DNA of 58,630 nucleotides from an uncultured Bacilli bacterium (GCA_934098455.1 CAKOOU010000001.1:1-58630), one strand, 5' to 3'. Shown: positions 48,322 to 57,578, counted from the stretch's first letter. Made by a program: numbers and translations. The notes: generated by a model not told the origin, from the sequence alone.

Positions 48322-50535
48322 TTAAACCTCCTCATTTAATGTAGTAATAGCACTATTCTTAAATAACTTCTTAGCAAACTTAAGACTAACTACATAAGAC
48401 ATAATAATTAATATTAAATATAAAAGTATATAATCTCTTAATTTTAAATATTTAATAATAACATCCAAGAATCCTAAATTAATTACATTCTTATAATTTA
48501 AATAAACTAATAATAATGTACCAAGATAAGATATATTAGATATAGTTAATAATTCTATTACAAGTAAATTCTTACAAGTACTTAAACTAGCTCCTAACAT
48601 TCTTATAGTACTAAAATATACATTTCTAGATTTTAATATTAATTTTGTCACAAAATAACATACAAAGAATAATACAACAACAAGTATTATTGTCACAATA
48701 GTTTTAAATATTCTAATTATATGTACTACTTCACTATTTTTTAAATTATCACTAACTCTTAAAGTTTTATAACCCATACTATCTAAACTACTTAATGTAT
48801 TTTTAATATTATCAACATCTTTAACAAATACACTACTTTGATATATTCCCTTATTATATAAATTATTATAATCTTCATAACTTATAAATATCTTACCATT
48901 ATTACTATCATAATCTTTTATACCTAATAAATTATTAATATTATATTTATAATAAACTTTACTAACTTTTAAATTAATAGCATCACTATAATAAGTATTA
49001 TCTACTAATATATTCAAGGATTGATTTATACAATAACTATTTTTACATAAGCTATTTAAATCATTACTAATATAAGTTTCTCCAACAGGAACATTTTTAT
49101 TTGGTTCTAATTTAAAATCAACGCTATCACCAGAATTATATCTTATTCCTTGAAATTCTATTTTTGTTTTGCTATATTGTTGATTTATTGTAAATGCTAT
49201 ATCATTTATATATTTATCACTAAAATAAAATTTCATATCATCATATAATGTTGCATCTGTATATTTAATTCCAACAACTTTTAATTCTTTAGTTTTATCT
49301 ATTTCACCAGTATAATCATTTTGTAAATACATAGTAGATTCTAACAATTTATCTTTATTAGATAAATAATAGCTATCTTTATCACCACTAACAATTATTT
49401 CATTTTCACTAGTAGGCATTCTACCAACATCAAGTTTACCTTTAAAATTATCTATACTAAAAGCAGTACCATATAACCATAAATATTCATTATCAGTAAT
49501 ACTAACATTACTATCTAACATCAAATCATTTTTAACAACATTTGCCACATTATCTAGTTTAGATAATTTATTAAAATCATCATCACTTATACTACTTTTA
49601 TCTTTTTTCTTAATAATAATTCTATCATCATCAATATATCTAAAGAATTGATTATAACCATTCTTATTTTCTATATATTCTTCTTTTTTAAATGACGAAT
49701 ACTCACTCATTAAACTTATTGATATAAACAAATAAACACAAAGTAATAATAAGAATTTAGGAACAATATTAAATGTATTTCTTAACCCTAATCTTATTTT
49801 ATTTAATAATGTAATATTTTTATAATCTATACCACTTATATCTTTTTTAATATTAGTATTATCTAATCTTTTATCTTCTATTATTCTACCATCATTCATC
49901 TTTATTACTCTTGTTACGTATTCACTTATCTCATCAAAATTATGTGTCACAACAATAACTAATTTATCTTTAGAAATATCATGTAATAATTTTATTATTT
50001 CTTTACTAGATTTACTATCTAAATTACCAGTAGGTTCATCTGCAATAATAATTGGAGTATCTTTTATAAGTGCTCTTGCAATTGCAACTCTTTGTTTTTG
50101 TCCTCCACTCAATTTACTAGCTTTAGTATTTCTAAATTTATACAATCCAACCTTCTTTATAATATCAATAACATCTTTTTTAATTTCTTTTCTTTTTTTA
50201 CCATTTAAAAGCAATGCTAACTCTATATTTTGTTTAACAGTATAGCTATTTATTAAATTAAAATTTTGAAATATATTACCTATATATTTACGTCTATAAT
50301 CTTCATAATCTTTCTCTGTATAATGACTTGTTTCTTTACCATAAATATACATTTCTCCATCTTCATAAGAATCAAGTCCACTTATTACATTTAATAATGT
50401 ACTTTTACCACTACCACTTTCTCCAGTAATAGCAACGAATTCTCCCATATCTAATTCTAAATTAACTTTAGTAAATCCAGTAGCAATAACACCTTTACTA
50501 TAATAAAATTTAGAAACATTTTTAAGTTTTATCAT
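48322..50535 (-). CDS. Fused ABC ATPase + FtsX/MacB-type permease (paralogue of the downstream gene)
   Basis: GESGSGKST, LSGGQKQRVAIARAL and IIADEPTGNLD, with C-terminal TM helices. Confidence 0.85.
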   Translation of the reverse strand: MIKLKNVSKFYYSKGVIATGFTKVNLELDMGEFVAITGESGSGKSTLLNVISGLDSYEDGEMYIYGKETSHYTEKDYEDYRRKYIGNIFQNFNLINSYTVKQNIELALLLNGKKRKEIKKDVIDIIKKVGLYKFRNTKASKLSGGQKQRVAIARALIKDTPIIIADEPTGNLDSKSSKEIIKLLHDISKDKLVIVVTHNFDEISEYVTRVIKMNDGRIIEDKRLDNTNIKKDISGIDYKNITLLNKIRLGLRNTFNIVPKFLLLLCVYLFISISLMSEYSSFKKEEYIENKNGYNQFFRYIDDDRIIIKKKDKSSISDDDFNKLSKLDNVANVVKNDLMLDSNVSITDNEYLWLYGTAFSIDNFKGKLDVGRMPTSENEIIVSGDKDSYYLSNKDKLLESTMYLQNDYTGEIDKTKELKVVGIKYTDATLYDDMKFYFSDKYINDIAFTINQQYSKTKIEFQGIRYNSGDSVDFKLEPNKNVPVGETYISNDLNSLCKNSYCINQSLNILVDNTYYSDAINLKVSKVYYKYNINNLLGIKDYDSNNGKIFISYEDYNNLYNKGIYQSSVFVKDVDNIKNTLSSLDSMGYKTLRVSDNLKNSEVVHIIRIFKTIVTIILVVVLFFVCYFVTKLILKSRNVYFSTIRMLGASLSTCKNLLVIELLTISNISYLGTLLLVYLNYKNVINLGFLDVIIKYLKLRDYILLYLILIIMSYVVSLKFAKKLFKNSAITTLNEEV

Positions 50536-50650
50536 AAATACTCTCCTTACACTCTAAGTATATTATATTATCAATTCTAAAACAATATATTTTAAGTAGC
50601 ATATGTAATAAAATTAGTAGCAAAAAAAGTTATTAGAAATTCTAACAACT

Positions 50651-51217
50651 TTAGTTTATAACTACATTATGCTTCTTCATATACATTTCAGGTTTACCCA
50701 TGTTAAGTTCTTTAGATACTTTTAACCCAATTTCATCTATAAATGATTGTATTTGTTTTTTTATTTCACTAACATCAACATCTTCATTAGTACAAAATTC
50801 TACTTCCATAAATAATCCTAAATCTTTTACATTTTCAATTACTATTTCATATTTTTGAAAAGTATATGTTTCTTTTTCATTATTTATTTCTATAAATTTA
50901 ACCAAGCCTAATCTTTCAAATATTTGTTTCATCATGTTTAAATCTTCTACCTTAGTTTCATATTCATCTGAATATAACCATTTTCCATTTGAAAAAACAT
51001 CATCTTTATATGTAATGCTATACTCATCATTTTTACTTCTTAATCTTAAACAATGATTTAATTGATTGTTATCATCCGGCTTTAAATCATCTCTTTTAGG
51101 ATCGTAATAATATTCATCAATAGTCTTTTTTAACCCAACATAATTAAACTTTTTAAATTTATTTTTTATAGTTTCAATATCATCATATACTTCTACTAAT
51201 ACTTCTATTTCTTTCAT
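50651..51217 (-). CDS. CYTH-domain protein (class IV adenylate cyclase / triphosphate tunnel metalloenzyme)
   Basis: N-terminal EIEVLVEV (ExExK-like strand), RLR, an alternating charged beta-strand pattern and FMEVE. Confidence 0.6.
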   Translation of the reverse strand: MKEIEVLVEVYDDIETIKNKFKKFNYVGLKKTIDEYYYDPKRDDLKPDDNNQLNHCLRLRSKNDEYSITYKDDVFSNGKWLYSDEYETKVEDLNMMKQIFERLGLVKFIEINNEKETYTFQKYEIVIENVKDLGLFMEVEFCTNEDVDVSEIKKQIQSFIDEIGLKVSKELNMGKPEMYMKKHNVVIN

Positions 51218-51277
51218 TTATATCTCCTTTTTAATTAATAATTTATTTTAAATCAAAAAGATTGCTAACACATCTAG

Positions 51278-52141
51278 TTAACAATCATTTAGTTCATTAT
51301 ATACTTTTTTTAATATATCATATCTCATAGAAATTATTTTTTTATAAAAATCTTTTCTAACATCAGAAATACATGAAATATTATTTATAAAACTATCTAT
51401 TTTTTCAATATCAATTTTATTAAACATTCTTTTTAATGCTTCATTACATCCATTATTCTTTCTGCTCTTTATAAAAGTCATATAATTAATTTTTTTGTTA
51501 TTATCTTTTAAACATGAATAACAATTGAGAACAATATTTTTAAAATCTTCTACCCTCATTTTTTCAATATCACTATCTTCAAGCATTGGATTTAAACATG
51601 AACCACAATCATAAATTGGAGAAAATTCAATTTTTTTAGTCTTTTTATTAACTAAAAAGCCCCAATTACCATTATGTCTATCTGTATTACCAATAATACT
51701 ATCAATTATAAACATATCCCAAAATTTTTCTTGTATAGAGTTATAATCAAACAATTTACTATTTCTAAGTATTTCTAAAATATCTTCTAATTCAGTACCA
51801 ATTTTTTTATCAGGATTAGCACTTAATGCAATACTTTCAAATTCATATAATTCATTTTCATCATCTGTAAAATCTAAACAAGCGCAAACTGTTTTTTCTA
51901 CACCATTAAATTTATATTTGCCTAATAAAGTTTCTTGAGTTTCAAAACCTACTAATCTAAATATATTGCTACCAACATATTCAGACAATGAATTATTTAT
52001 ATAAGAAATATTTTTATTCTTCTCTCTTACTGGATCCGGAAATTTTACTAAATATCTTTTATCTTCAAAAATTAAAGTTTTTTTCTTTTCTGAACCCTTA
52101 TAATTATTCATTTCTTCAACACAATTTGTAAAATCAATCAT
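51278..52141 (-). CDS. HipA-like serine/threonine kinase (C-terminal kinase domain only)
   Basis: IIGNTDRHNGNWGF catalytic-loop motif and IYDCGSC. Start moved to ATG 52141, which follows AAGGAGG. There is no adjacent HipB-like HTH gene. Confidence 0.6.
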   Translation of the reverse strand: MIDFTNCVEEMNNYKGSEKKKTLIFEDKRYLVKFPDPVREKNKNISYINNSLSEYVGSNIFRLVGFETQETLLGKYKFNGVEKTVCACLDFTDDENELYEFESIALSANPDKKIGTELEDILEILRNSKLFDYNSIQEKFWDMFIIDSIIGNTDRHNGNWGFLVNKKTKKIEFSPIYDCGSCLNPMLEDSDIEKMRVEDFKNIVLNCYSCLKDNNKKINYMTFIKSRKNNGCNEALKRMFNKIDIEKIDSFINNISCISDVRKDFYKKIISMRYDILKKVYNELNDC

Positions 52142-52168
52142 TAAATGCACCTCCTTAACTATTAAAAA

Positions 52169-53644
52169 TTATTTATTTTTCATTTGTGGAAATAATACAA
52201 CATCTCTTATAGATGGTTGATTAAATATTAACATCATTAATCTATCTATTCCAAATCCTAATCCACTTATAGGTGGCATACCTTGTTCCATAGCCATTAA
52301 GAAACTCTCATCCATATCCATAGTTTCATCATCACCTTGAGCTTTAGCTTTTAATTGTTCCATAAATGCTTCTCTTTGCTCTATTGGATTAACTAACTCT
52401 GAATAAGCTTTACATAACTCTGTTCCAGCAGCAAGTACTTGGAATACATCTATTCTTCTCTTATCTTCATCATTTCTACGAGCTAAAGGTATCATAACTG
52501 CAGGATAATTATATATAATTGTTGGTTCCATTATACCTTCTCTAATTTTCTTTTTATAACAGAAATCAATTATTTGACTTAATGATTTATAATCTTCTAA
52601 ATCTTCATAACTAAATAATCCTTTTTCAACTATTTTATCCTTTAATTCTATTGGGTCAGTAATATCTAAGAATTCAAATCCAAATACTTTGTTCATTTCT
52701 TCAACGTAATTTATTCTATTCCAATTTTCTTTTCCAAAATCTAAACTATGTCCTTGATATTCTATAGTAGTAGTACCAAGTAATTCTAATAATAAATTTT
52801 TAATAAATCCTTGATAAAATTTTATATTATCTTCAAAATTCCAATAAGCAACATACCATTCAACTTGTGTAAATTCTTGTAAATGTTCTGTATCCATTCC
52901 TTCATTTCTAAAACATTTTGCAAGTTCATAAACTCTATCAAATCCACCAGCTATACATTGTTTTAAGTAAGTTTCTGGAGCAATTCTTAAATTACATTCC
53001 ATATCAAGAGCATTATGATGTGTAAAGAATGGTTTAGCACTAGCACCACATACAGCATTTTGAAGTATAGGAGTTTCAACTTCTAAGAATCCATTTTCAC
53101 CTAAATATCTATGTAAAAATGAATAAAATTTACTTCTACCTAAAAATACTTTTCTAGACTCTTCATTCATTATTAAATCAGTATATCTTTGTCTATACTT
53201 CATTTCTTGATCTGTAAGTCCATGGAATTTTTCTGGAAGAGGTCTTAATGCTTTACCTAAAAATTCAAAACTTTTAACTCTTAAAGTTTTCTCACCAGTT
53301 TGAGTTGTAAACATTTCACCAGTTGCACCCATAAAGTCACCAGAATCAAACATTTTCTTAAAGAATGCATATTTTTCTTCTCCAACTTCATCAACTTTTA
53401 ATTCTAATTGTATACTTCCTTCCAAATCACGAATACGTATAAAAGATAATTTACCCATCTTTCTCATAAACATAATTCTTCCACATACACTAACTCCAGT
53501 AATACCATCTTCTAATTTAGAAGCGTCTTTTAAAGTATGTGTTCTTTTAAAACTATCAGGATAGGGATTACAAACTTTTTCTATTTCTTTTAATTTATCA
53601 CGTCTAACTTGTTCTTGTTCAGAATATTCACGCATATTAATCAA
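52169..53644 (-). CDS. lysS: Lysine--tRNA ligase (class II)
   Basis: OB-fold N-terminus, class II motifs (FRNEG, GLGFGIDRL) and RYRQRYTDL. Confidence 0.92.
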   Translation of the reverse strand: MINMREYSEQEQVRRDKLKEIEKVCNPYPDSFKRTHTLKDASKLEDGITGVSVCGRIMFMRKMGKLSFIRIRDLEGSIQLELKVDEVGEEKYAFFKKMFDSGDFMGATGEMFTTQTGEKTLRVKSFEFLGKALRPLPEKFHGLTDQEMKYRQRYTDLIMNEESRKVFLGRSKFYSFLHRYLGENGFLEVETPILQNAVCGASAKPFFTHHNALDMECNLRIAPETYLKQCIAGGFDRVYELAKCFRNEGMDTEHLQEFTQVEWYVAYWNFEDNIKFYQGFIKNLLLELLGTTTIEYQGHSLDFGKENWNRINYVEEMNKVFGFEFLDITDPIELKDKIVEKGLFSYEDLEDYKSLSQIIDFCYKKKIREGIMEPTIIYNYPAVMIPLARRNDEDKRRIDVFQVLAAGTELCKAYSELVNPIEQREAFMEQLKAKAQGDDETMDMDESFLMAMEQGMPPISGLGFGIDRLMMLIFNQPSIRDVVLFPQMKNK

Positions 53645-53738
53645 CTTCTTTCGTTAACTAGTATATCGATAAACTAAAAAAAAATCAATACAAAGAATAT
53701 AAAATTGTATATTTCATATATTTTAAAGAGGTGAAATA

Positions 53739-54068
53739 ATGAACGGAACATATTATCAAAATCCAACTTTTCCCGCTGCTACAACATCTAACTATCAAGA
53801 TACAATAGTACCAGTAGGAAATGACTTACCTATGGAACAAAGTTACATAGAGAATATTTTAAGACTAAATAAAGGAAAGAAAGTAAAAGCATATGTTAGT
53901 TATCCTGATTCTATAGATTGGAAAGATTCTGTATATACAGGAATAATAGAACAAGCAGGAAGAGACCACTTAATTATAAGTGACCCAACAACAGGTAAGT
54001 GGTATCTAATTCTAATGATTTATTTAAACTATGTAGAATTTGAAGAAAAAATAAATTATTCCATTTAA
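53739..54068 (+). CDS. gerQ: Spore coat protein GerQ-like
   Basis: SYIENILRLNKGKKVKAYVSY...GIIEQAGRDHLIISDPTTGKWYLILMIYLNYVEF matches the GerQ/YwdL pattern. Confidence 0.65.
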   Translation: MNGTYYQNPTFPAATTSNYQDTIVPVGNDLPMEQSYIENILRLNKGKKVKAYVSYPDSIDWKDSVYTGIIEQAGRDHLIISDPTTGKWYLILMIYLNYVEFEEKINYSI

Positions 54069-54088
54069 AAAAATGCCCTAGAGCATTT

Positions 54089-54616
54089 TTATTTTATATA
54101 ACTTTCCAGCATATTTCTTTCATCAAATAAATAAGTACTATCTCCATGTCCAGGATATATTTTATAATTAACATTAGATTTCAAAATAGATTTAATACTT
54201 TCCTTCATCAAATTAAAATCTCCACCTAAATCGCATCTACCAATACAACCTTTAAATATAAAATCCCCACTAAACATAATATTATCAAAAATAAAACTTA
54301 TAGAATCCATAGTATGTCCTAAATTATATCTAACTTCAAACTTAAAATTCCCAATAACATTCATACCTTCATGTAAATTACTAATATCATACACAGGAAC
54401 TTTATAGTATTTAGATACACTATCTAATGCTCCAACATGATCAAAATGTCTATGTGTTAAAAGTATACCAACTACTTTTTTATCAATATTTTTAATTATT
54501 TTATCACTTTCACTCTCAGGATCTATTATCAAGCATTCAATATCATTTTCTACAATATAACAATTAGTTTCTAATTCACCAACAACAACTTTTTTAATAT
54601 TCACATATATCACCAA
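54089..54616 (-). CDS. MBL-fold metallo-hydrolase
   Basis: THRHFDHVG motif with later GH and GD motifs. The start codon is uncertain. Confidence 0.75.
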   Translation of the reverse strand: MVIYVNIKKVVVGELETNCYIVENDIECLIIDPESESDKIIKNIDKKVVGILLTHRHFDHVGALDSVSKYYKVPVYDISNLHEGMNVIGNFKFEVRYNLGHTMDSISFIFDNIMFSGDFIFKGCIGRCDLGGDFNLMKESIKSILKSNVNYKIYPGHGDSTYLFDERNMLESYIK

Positions 54617-54672
54617 TATTATTTTACAATTTTTTTAATATTTATGCTATACTTATATAGTAGGTGATGTAA

Positions 54673-55221
54673 ATGAATATAATAATGATAATAATTTTAA
54701 TTGCAATAATACTTATAGGAATATTAATAATAAGTTATATATATAATTTTAATAATTTACAAGAAAAGAATATAAAAATTAATGAATCAGAAAGTATAAT
54801 AGATAATGAACTAAGAAATAAATATGATTTAATAATGAAATCTTCTACAACAATAAATAAATTATTAAAAAAAGAAGTTACATATTTTAAAGATTTAGAA
54901 AAATTAAAAAAAGATAATATATCAAATTTTGATTTAGATAGAAAAATTGTAGAAGGTGAAAACTTAATTCATCAAGTAAAAAATGATTATAAATCTTTAG
55001 AAGATAATGAAGAATATATCAGTATAATAAATGATTTAAAAGATAGTGATGAAATATTAGAAGCAGCAAAAGCATTTTATAACAAATACACAACAGAAAT
55101 AAATTTATTAATAAAAAAATTTCCAACAAATATAATTGCTAAATTTCATAAAATAAAACTTAGAAACTATTTTGACGGAAAAAATATGTTCGACGATGAA
55201 ATCAAAGATTTTAAACTTTGA
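54673..55221 (+). CDS. LemA family protein
   Basis: N-terminal TM helix, then the LemA-like pattern NESESIIDNELRNKYDLI...AAKAFYNKYT. Confidence 0.65.
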   Translation: MNIIMIIILIAIILIGILIISYIYNFNNLQEKNIKINESESIIDNELRNKYDLIMKSSTTINKLLKKEVTYFKDLEKLKKDNISNFDLDRKIVEGENLIHQVKNDYKSLEDNEEYISIINDLKDSDEILEAAKAFYNKYTTEINLLIKKFPTNIIAKFHKIKLRNYFDGKNMFDDEIKDFKL

Positions 55222-55227
55222 TTTTTT

Positions 55228-55274
55228 TATAACTCCAAAAAAATCAAATATTTTCATACTTTTTTGGAGTTATA
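55228..55274. terminator. Bidirectional intrinsic terminator between the LemA gene (+) and the DGR reverse transcriptase (-)
   Basis: tataactccaaaaaa (55228..55242) pairs with ttttttggagttata (55260..55274). Confidence 0.7.
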
Positions 55275-55346
55275 ACGAATATTTAATCCTATTTTGTTTT
55301 GCACACTGGACAAAATTAGTATTTTTGCATTTTTGTCTATTGCGAA

Positions 55347-56345
55347 CTACAAATATCCCTTATAACTATTAACAACGACCTTATACTTATCGATATCATA
55401 TTTTTTCAAATACTTTAACTTTCTTCTAATTCTAACTTTATTTTTATATTTTACTTTAATAACTAACTTATTACTATCATTAAGAAAAAATTTATATCCT
55501 AAAAAACAAAATCCCTTCTTAGAGTCATATACTCTAGTTTTATTATTAATACTTAGTCCTAATTCATTTAATTTTTTCTTAATTATTTCTAAACAATATA
55601 ATAAATATCCATAATTATAATCTATCAAAACAAAATCATCAACATACCTAACATAATATTTAATACCTAATTTTTCTTTTATAAAATGATCTATATCATT
55701 TAAATAAAAACTAGCAAGTATCTGACTAATATAACTACCTATATTCAATCCCTTATTATATTTATATAAATAATCTTTATCTTCTACTAATTTACTTATT
55801 CTATCATTAACATAATCTTTATTAGTGCTATCAATAATATTCTTAATAATATTATATATATCTTTATCAACAATACTATATAATTTATTAAGTAATATAT
55901 CATGATCTATATTAAAAAAATATTTCTTAATATCAATCTTCAATATATAAAACTTATTATGTTTTAACTTAATACTATTAATATATTTTTTTATTAACTT
56001 TACACCATAACTACTACCCATATTCTTACGAGTAGCAATATTAGAATTAATTAATTTTTTATCAATAATATCTACCAAATAATATTTACATATCAAATGA
56101 CTAACAATCTTATCATTAATATTTTCACTCATAATAACTCTTAACTTAGGTTCATATATTAAAAATATATTATATATTCCATGCCAATATTTACCATTAA
56201 TTAACTTATTATATAAATTAATTATATTACTACTAATAAACATATCATATTTAACTAACTTATCTCTATTCTTAGTATTCTTCTTTATATCATAATAACA
56301 ATCTAATAAATTATTTATAGTAACTACATCACTTATTCTTTTCAT
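55347..56345 (-). CDS. DGR-type reverse transcriptase
   Basis: RT motifs EPKLRVI, LKIDIKKYFFNIDH, GLNIGSYISQILASFYLN (the [ILV]GxxxSQ motif diagnostic of DGR RTs), YVRYVDDFVL and FCFLGYKF. Confidence 0.9.
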   Translation of the reverse strand: MKRISDVVTINNLLDCYYDIKKNTKNRDKLVKYDMFISSNIINLYNKLINGKYWHGIYNIFLIYEPKLRVIMSENINDKIVSHLICKYYLVDIIDKKLINSNIATRKNMGSSYGVKLIKKYINSIKLKHNKFYILKIDIKKYFFNIDHDILLNKLYSIVDKDIYNIIKNIIDSTNKDYVNDRISKLVEDKDYLYKYNKGLNIGSYISQILASFYLNDIDHFIKEKLGIKYYVRYVDDFVLIDYNYGYLLYCLEIIKKKLNELGLSINNKTRVYDSKKGFCFLGYKFFLNDSNKLVIKVKYKNKVRIRRKLKYLKKYDIDKYKVVVNSYKGYL

Positions 56346-56670
56346 ACTTTATTAACCCATACACAATTCTTTTTATTTCAATCAAATAATTACTAACACT
56401 AACATATCTTTTATTCTTAATAATCCCTTTATTAAAACATATATAAACATAATAATTTAATAAACTAACATTAACTAATATATCATTTAATATATCTAAT
56501 TTACTATCATATATTTGATACTTAAATATATATTTAATATTATTATACATACAACTATCTATTTCATTCTTTAAAACATATTCTTTATTAGGAAAACAAC
56601 TTAATATATATTTATTAATATAATTATTTATTAAATAACATTTATTTAATAAATTAAAATTATAATTCAT
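56329..56670 (-). CDS. avd: Avd-like accessory variability determinant (small helical-bundle protein)
   Basis: 113 aa, basic and predicted all-helical, placed directly upstream of and overlapping the RT gene by 17 nt. The pattern ...NEIDSCMYNNIKYIFK...LVNVSLLNYYVYICFNKGIIKNKRY...IEIKRIVYGLIK fits four-helix-bundle Avd proteins. Confidence 0.6.
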   Translation of the reverse strand: MNYNFNLLNKCYLINNYINKYILSCFPNKEYVLKNEIDSCMYNNIKYIFKYQIYDSKLDILNDILVNVSLLNYYVYICFNKGIIKNKRYVSVSNYLIEIKRIVYGLIKYEKNK

Positions 56671-57067
56671 CCAAATACCTCATAATATCTATATATTTAT
56701 TTATATCACTATCTAATATATCTTTAACTTTATTATTAATATTTAATATATAATTATCTAAATTATATTTACTATTACCTAATATTAAATATTTATTATA
56801 ATTATTTATTTCATGATAAATATATTTTATATCATGATCACTATTATATATTAAATAATCTATACTATATTCATCCAACCTACATTCTATACTTTTAATA
56901 ATATTAACAGGAAAGCCTACTTTATTATTATGTAATCTATAATTAAACAAATATCCAACAACAATAGCATTATTATAGAAACATCTATAAAAATTACCAT
57001 ATTTCATTAATATAACTGTATTTTTATATTCACTTCTTAATTTTTTATTTATCTCTATTAATCTCAT
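56660..57067 (-). CDS. MutS-domain-I-like small accessory protein (MSL-type DGR accessory gene)
   Basis: VILMKYGNFYRCFYNNAIVVGYLFNYRLHNNKVGFPVNIIKSIECRLDEYSIDYLI aligns by eye with MutS domain I ([29 protein letters not shown]...[25 protein letters not shown]). Start set at ATG 57067, which follows GGTGA; the ORF-track start at 57106 merely reads through the GT repeat. Confidence 0.6.
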   Translation of the reverse strand: MRLIEINKKLRSEYKNTVILMKYGNFYRCFYNNAIVVGYLFNYRLHNNKVGFPVNIIKSIECRLDEYSIDYLIYNSDHDIKYIYHEINNYNKYLILGNSKYNLDNYILNINNKVKDILDSDINKYIDIMRYLDEL

Positions 57068-57084
57068 ATTATCACCATAAATAT

Positions 57085-57117
57085 AATATAACACACACAC
57101 ACACACACACGTGTCAA
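57085..57117 (-). promoter_or_regulatory. Promoter-like element whose spacer is a (GT)10 microsatellite
   Basis: The minus strand reads TTGACA (57117..57112) C (GT)10 TATATT (57090..57085). The spacer is 21 nt, and the last TGT gives a TGn extended -10. Confidence 0.35.
57091..57110. repeat. (AC)10 / (GT)10 dinucleotide microsatellite
   Basis: acacacacacacacacacac, a perfect 20 bp tract. Confidence 0.98.
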
Positions 57118-57154
57118 GTATTTTTTACTATTATTATGTAAATTATACAAAAAA

Positions 57155-57205
57155 AGTAAGCCATATAACAATATAGATTACAATAAACTATATTGTGTGC
57201 TTACT
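57155..57205 (-). terminator. Long imperfect hairpin plus T-run downstream of TR (terminator or DGR-RNA 3' structure)
   Basis: agtaagc (57155..57161) pairs with gcttact (57199..57205), and aacaatatag (57167..57176) with ctatattgt (57188..57196). On the minus strand the stem is followed by six or seven T residues. Confidence 0.5.
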
Positions 57206-57360
57206 CTATTTTTAGTTTAATTATAATTAAATCAGGGAATAAATCTTGTTTCCAATCTATTTAGATTAATGCAAAGTGCATTTACTTCTTCTCATTAAAA
57301 ATTATATATTCTTAATACTCAGTATAGCAAATATTATTTAATATTCTACATAGTAGGAAT

Positions 57361-57488
57361 CTAGGGCGGAAAGCGTTAGTGTTGTTGACGTTGTTGGTGT
57401 TGATGTTACCATTCGACCCATTAACGTTCCACTCGTTCGCATTCGAACCATTATAGTTGTTCGGAGACGAAAGCCACCAATTAGAAGT
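57361..57488 (-). repeat. DGR template repeat (TR), non-coding
   Basis: 128 bp homologous to 57674..57801. On the minus strand it is rich in AAC triplets (conceptual SNWWLSSPNNYNGSNANEWNVNGSNGNINTNNVNNTNAFRP). Confidence 0.9.
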
Positions 57489-57514
57489 ACCCAATTTTTT
57501 TAGATTTACACCCA

Positions 57515-57547
57515 CACATCCACGGCGCGATTTTGCCGTTAGATGTG
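57515..57547 (-). other. GC-rich nested hairpin immediately 5' of TR (in transcript orientation)
   Basis: cacatc (57515..57520) pairs with gatgtg (57542..57547), and acggc (57522..57526) with gccgt (57535..57539). Confidence 0.5.
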
Positions 57548-57551
57548 CCCT

Positions 57552-57578
57552 CAAAAAGCATTTGCCTATGCTTTTTGA
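57552..57578 (-). terminator. Hairpin after the stop codon of the DGR target gene
   Basis: caaaaagcat / atgctttttg form a 10 bp stem with a 6 nt loop, 20-50 nt downstream of the stop at 57601. Confidence 0.45.

Noticed and set aside
53645-53738. Possible T-box or other leader upstream of lysS
   Set aside because: The intergenic region is only about 94 nt, is shared with the divergent gerQ-like gene and contains no T-box core or terminator hairpin.
55347-57106. Retron or group II intron interpretation of the reverse transcriptase
   Set aside because: The RT has the IGxxxSQ motif rather than the retron or group II motif-4 signatures. No intron RNA domains or msr/msd-like inverted repeats were seen. 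The adjacent TR/VR pair with adenine-specific differences is diagnostic for a DGR.
56660-57106. ORF-track start MCVCVLYYIYGDN… for the first DGR accessory gene
   Set aside because: The first 13 codons are a read-through of the (GT)10 tract and promoter-like sequence. The ATG at 57067, preceded by GGTGA, is the plausible start.
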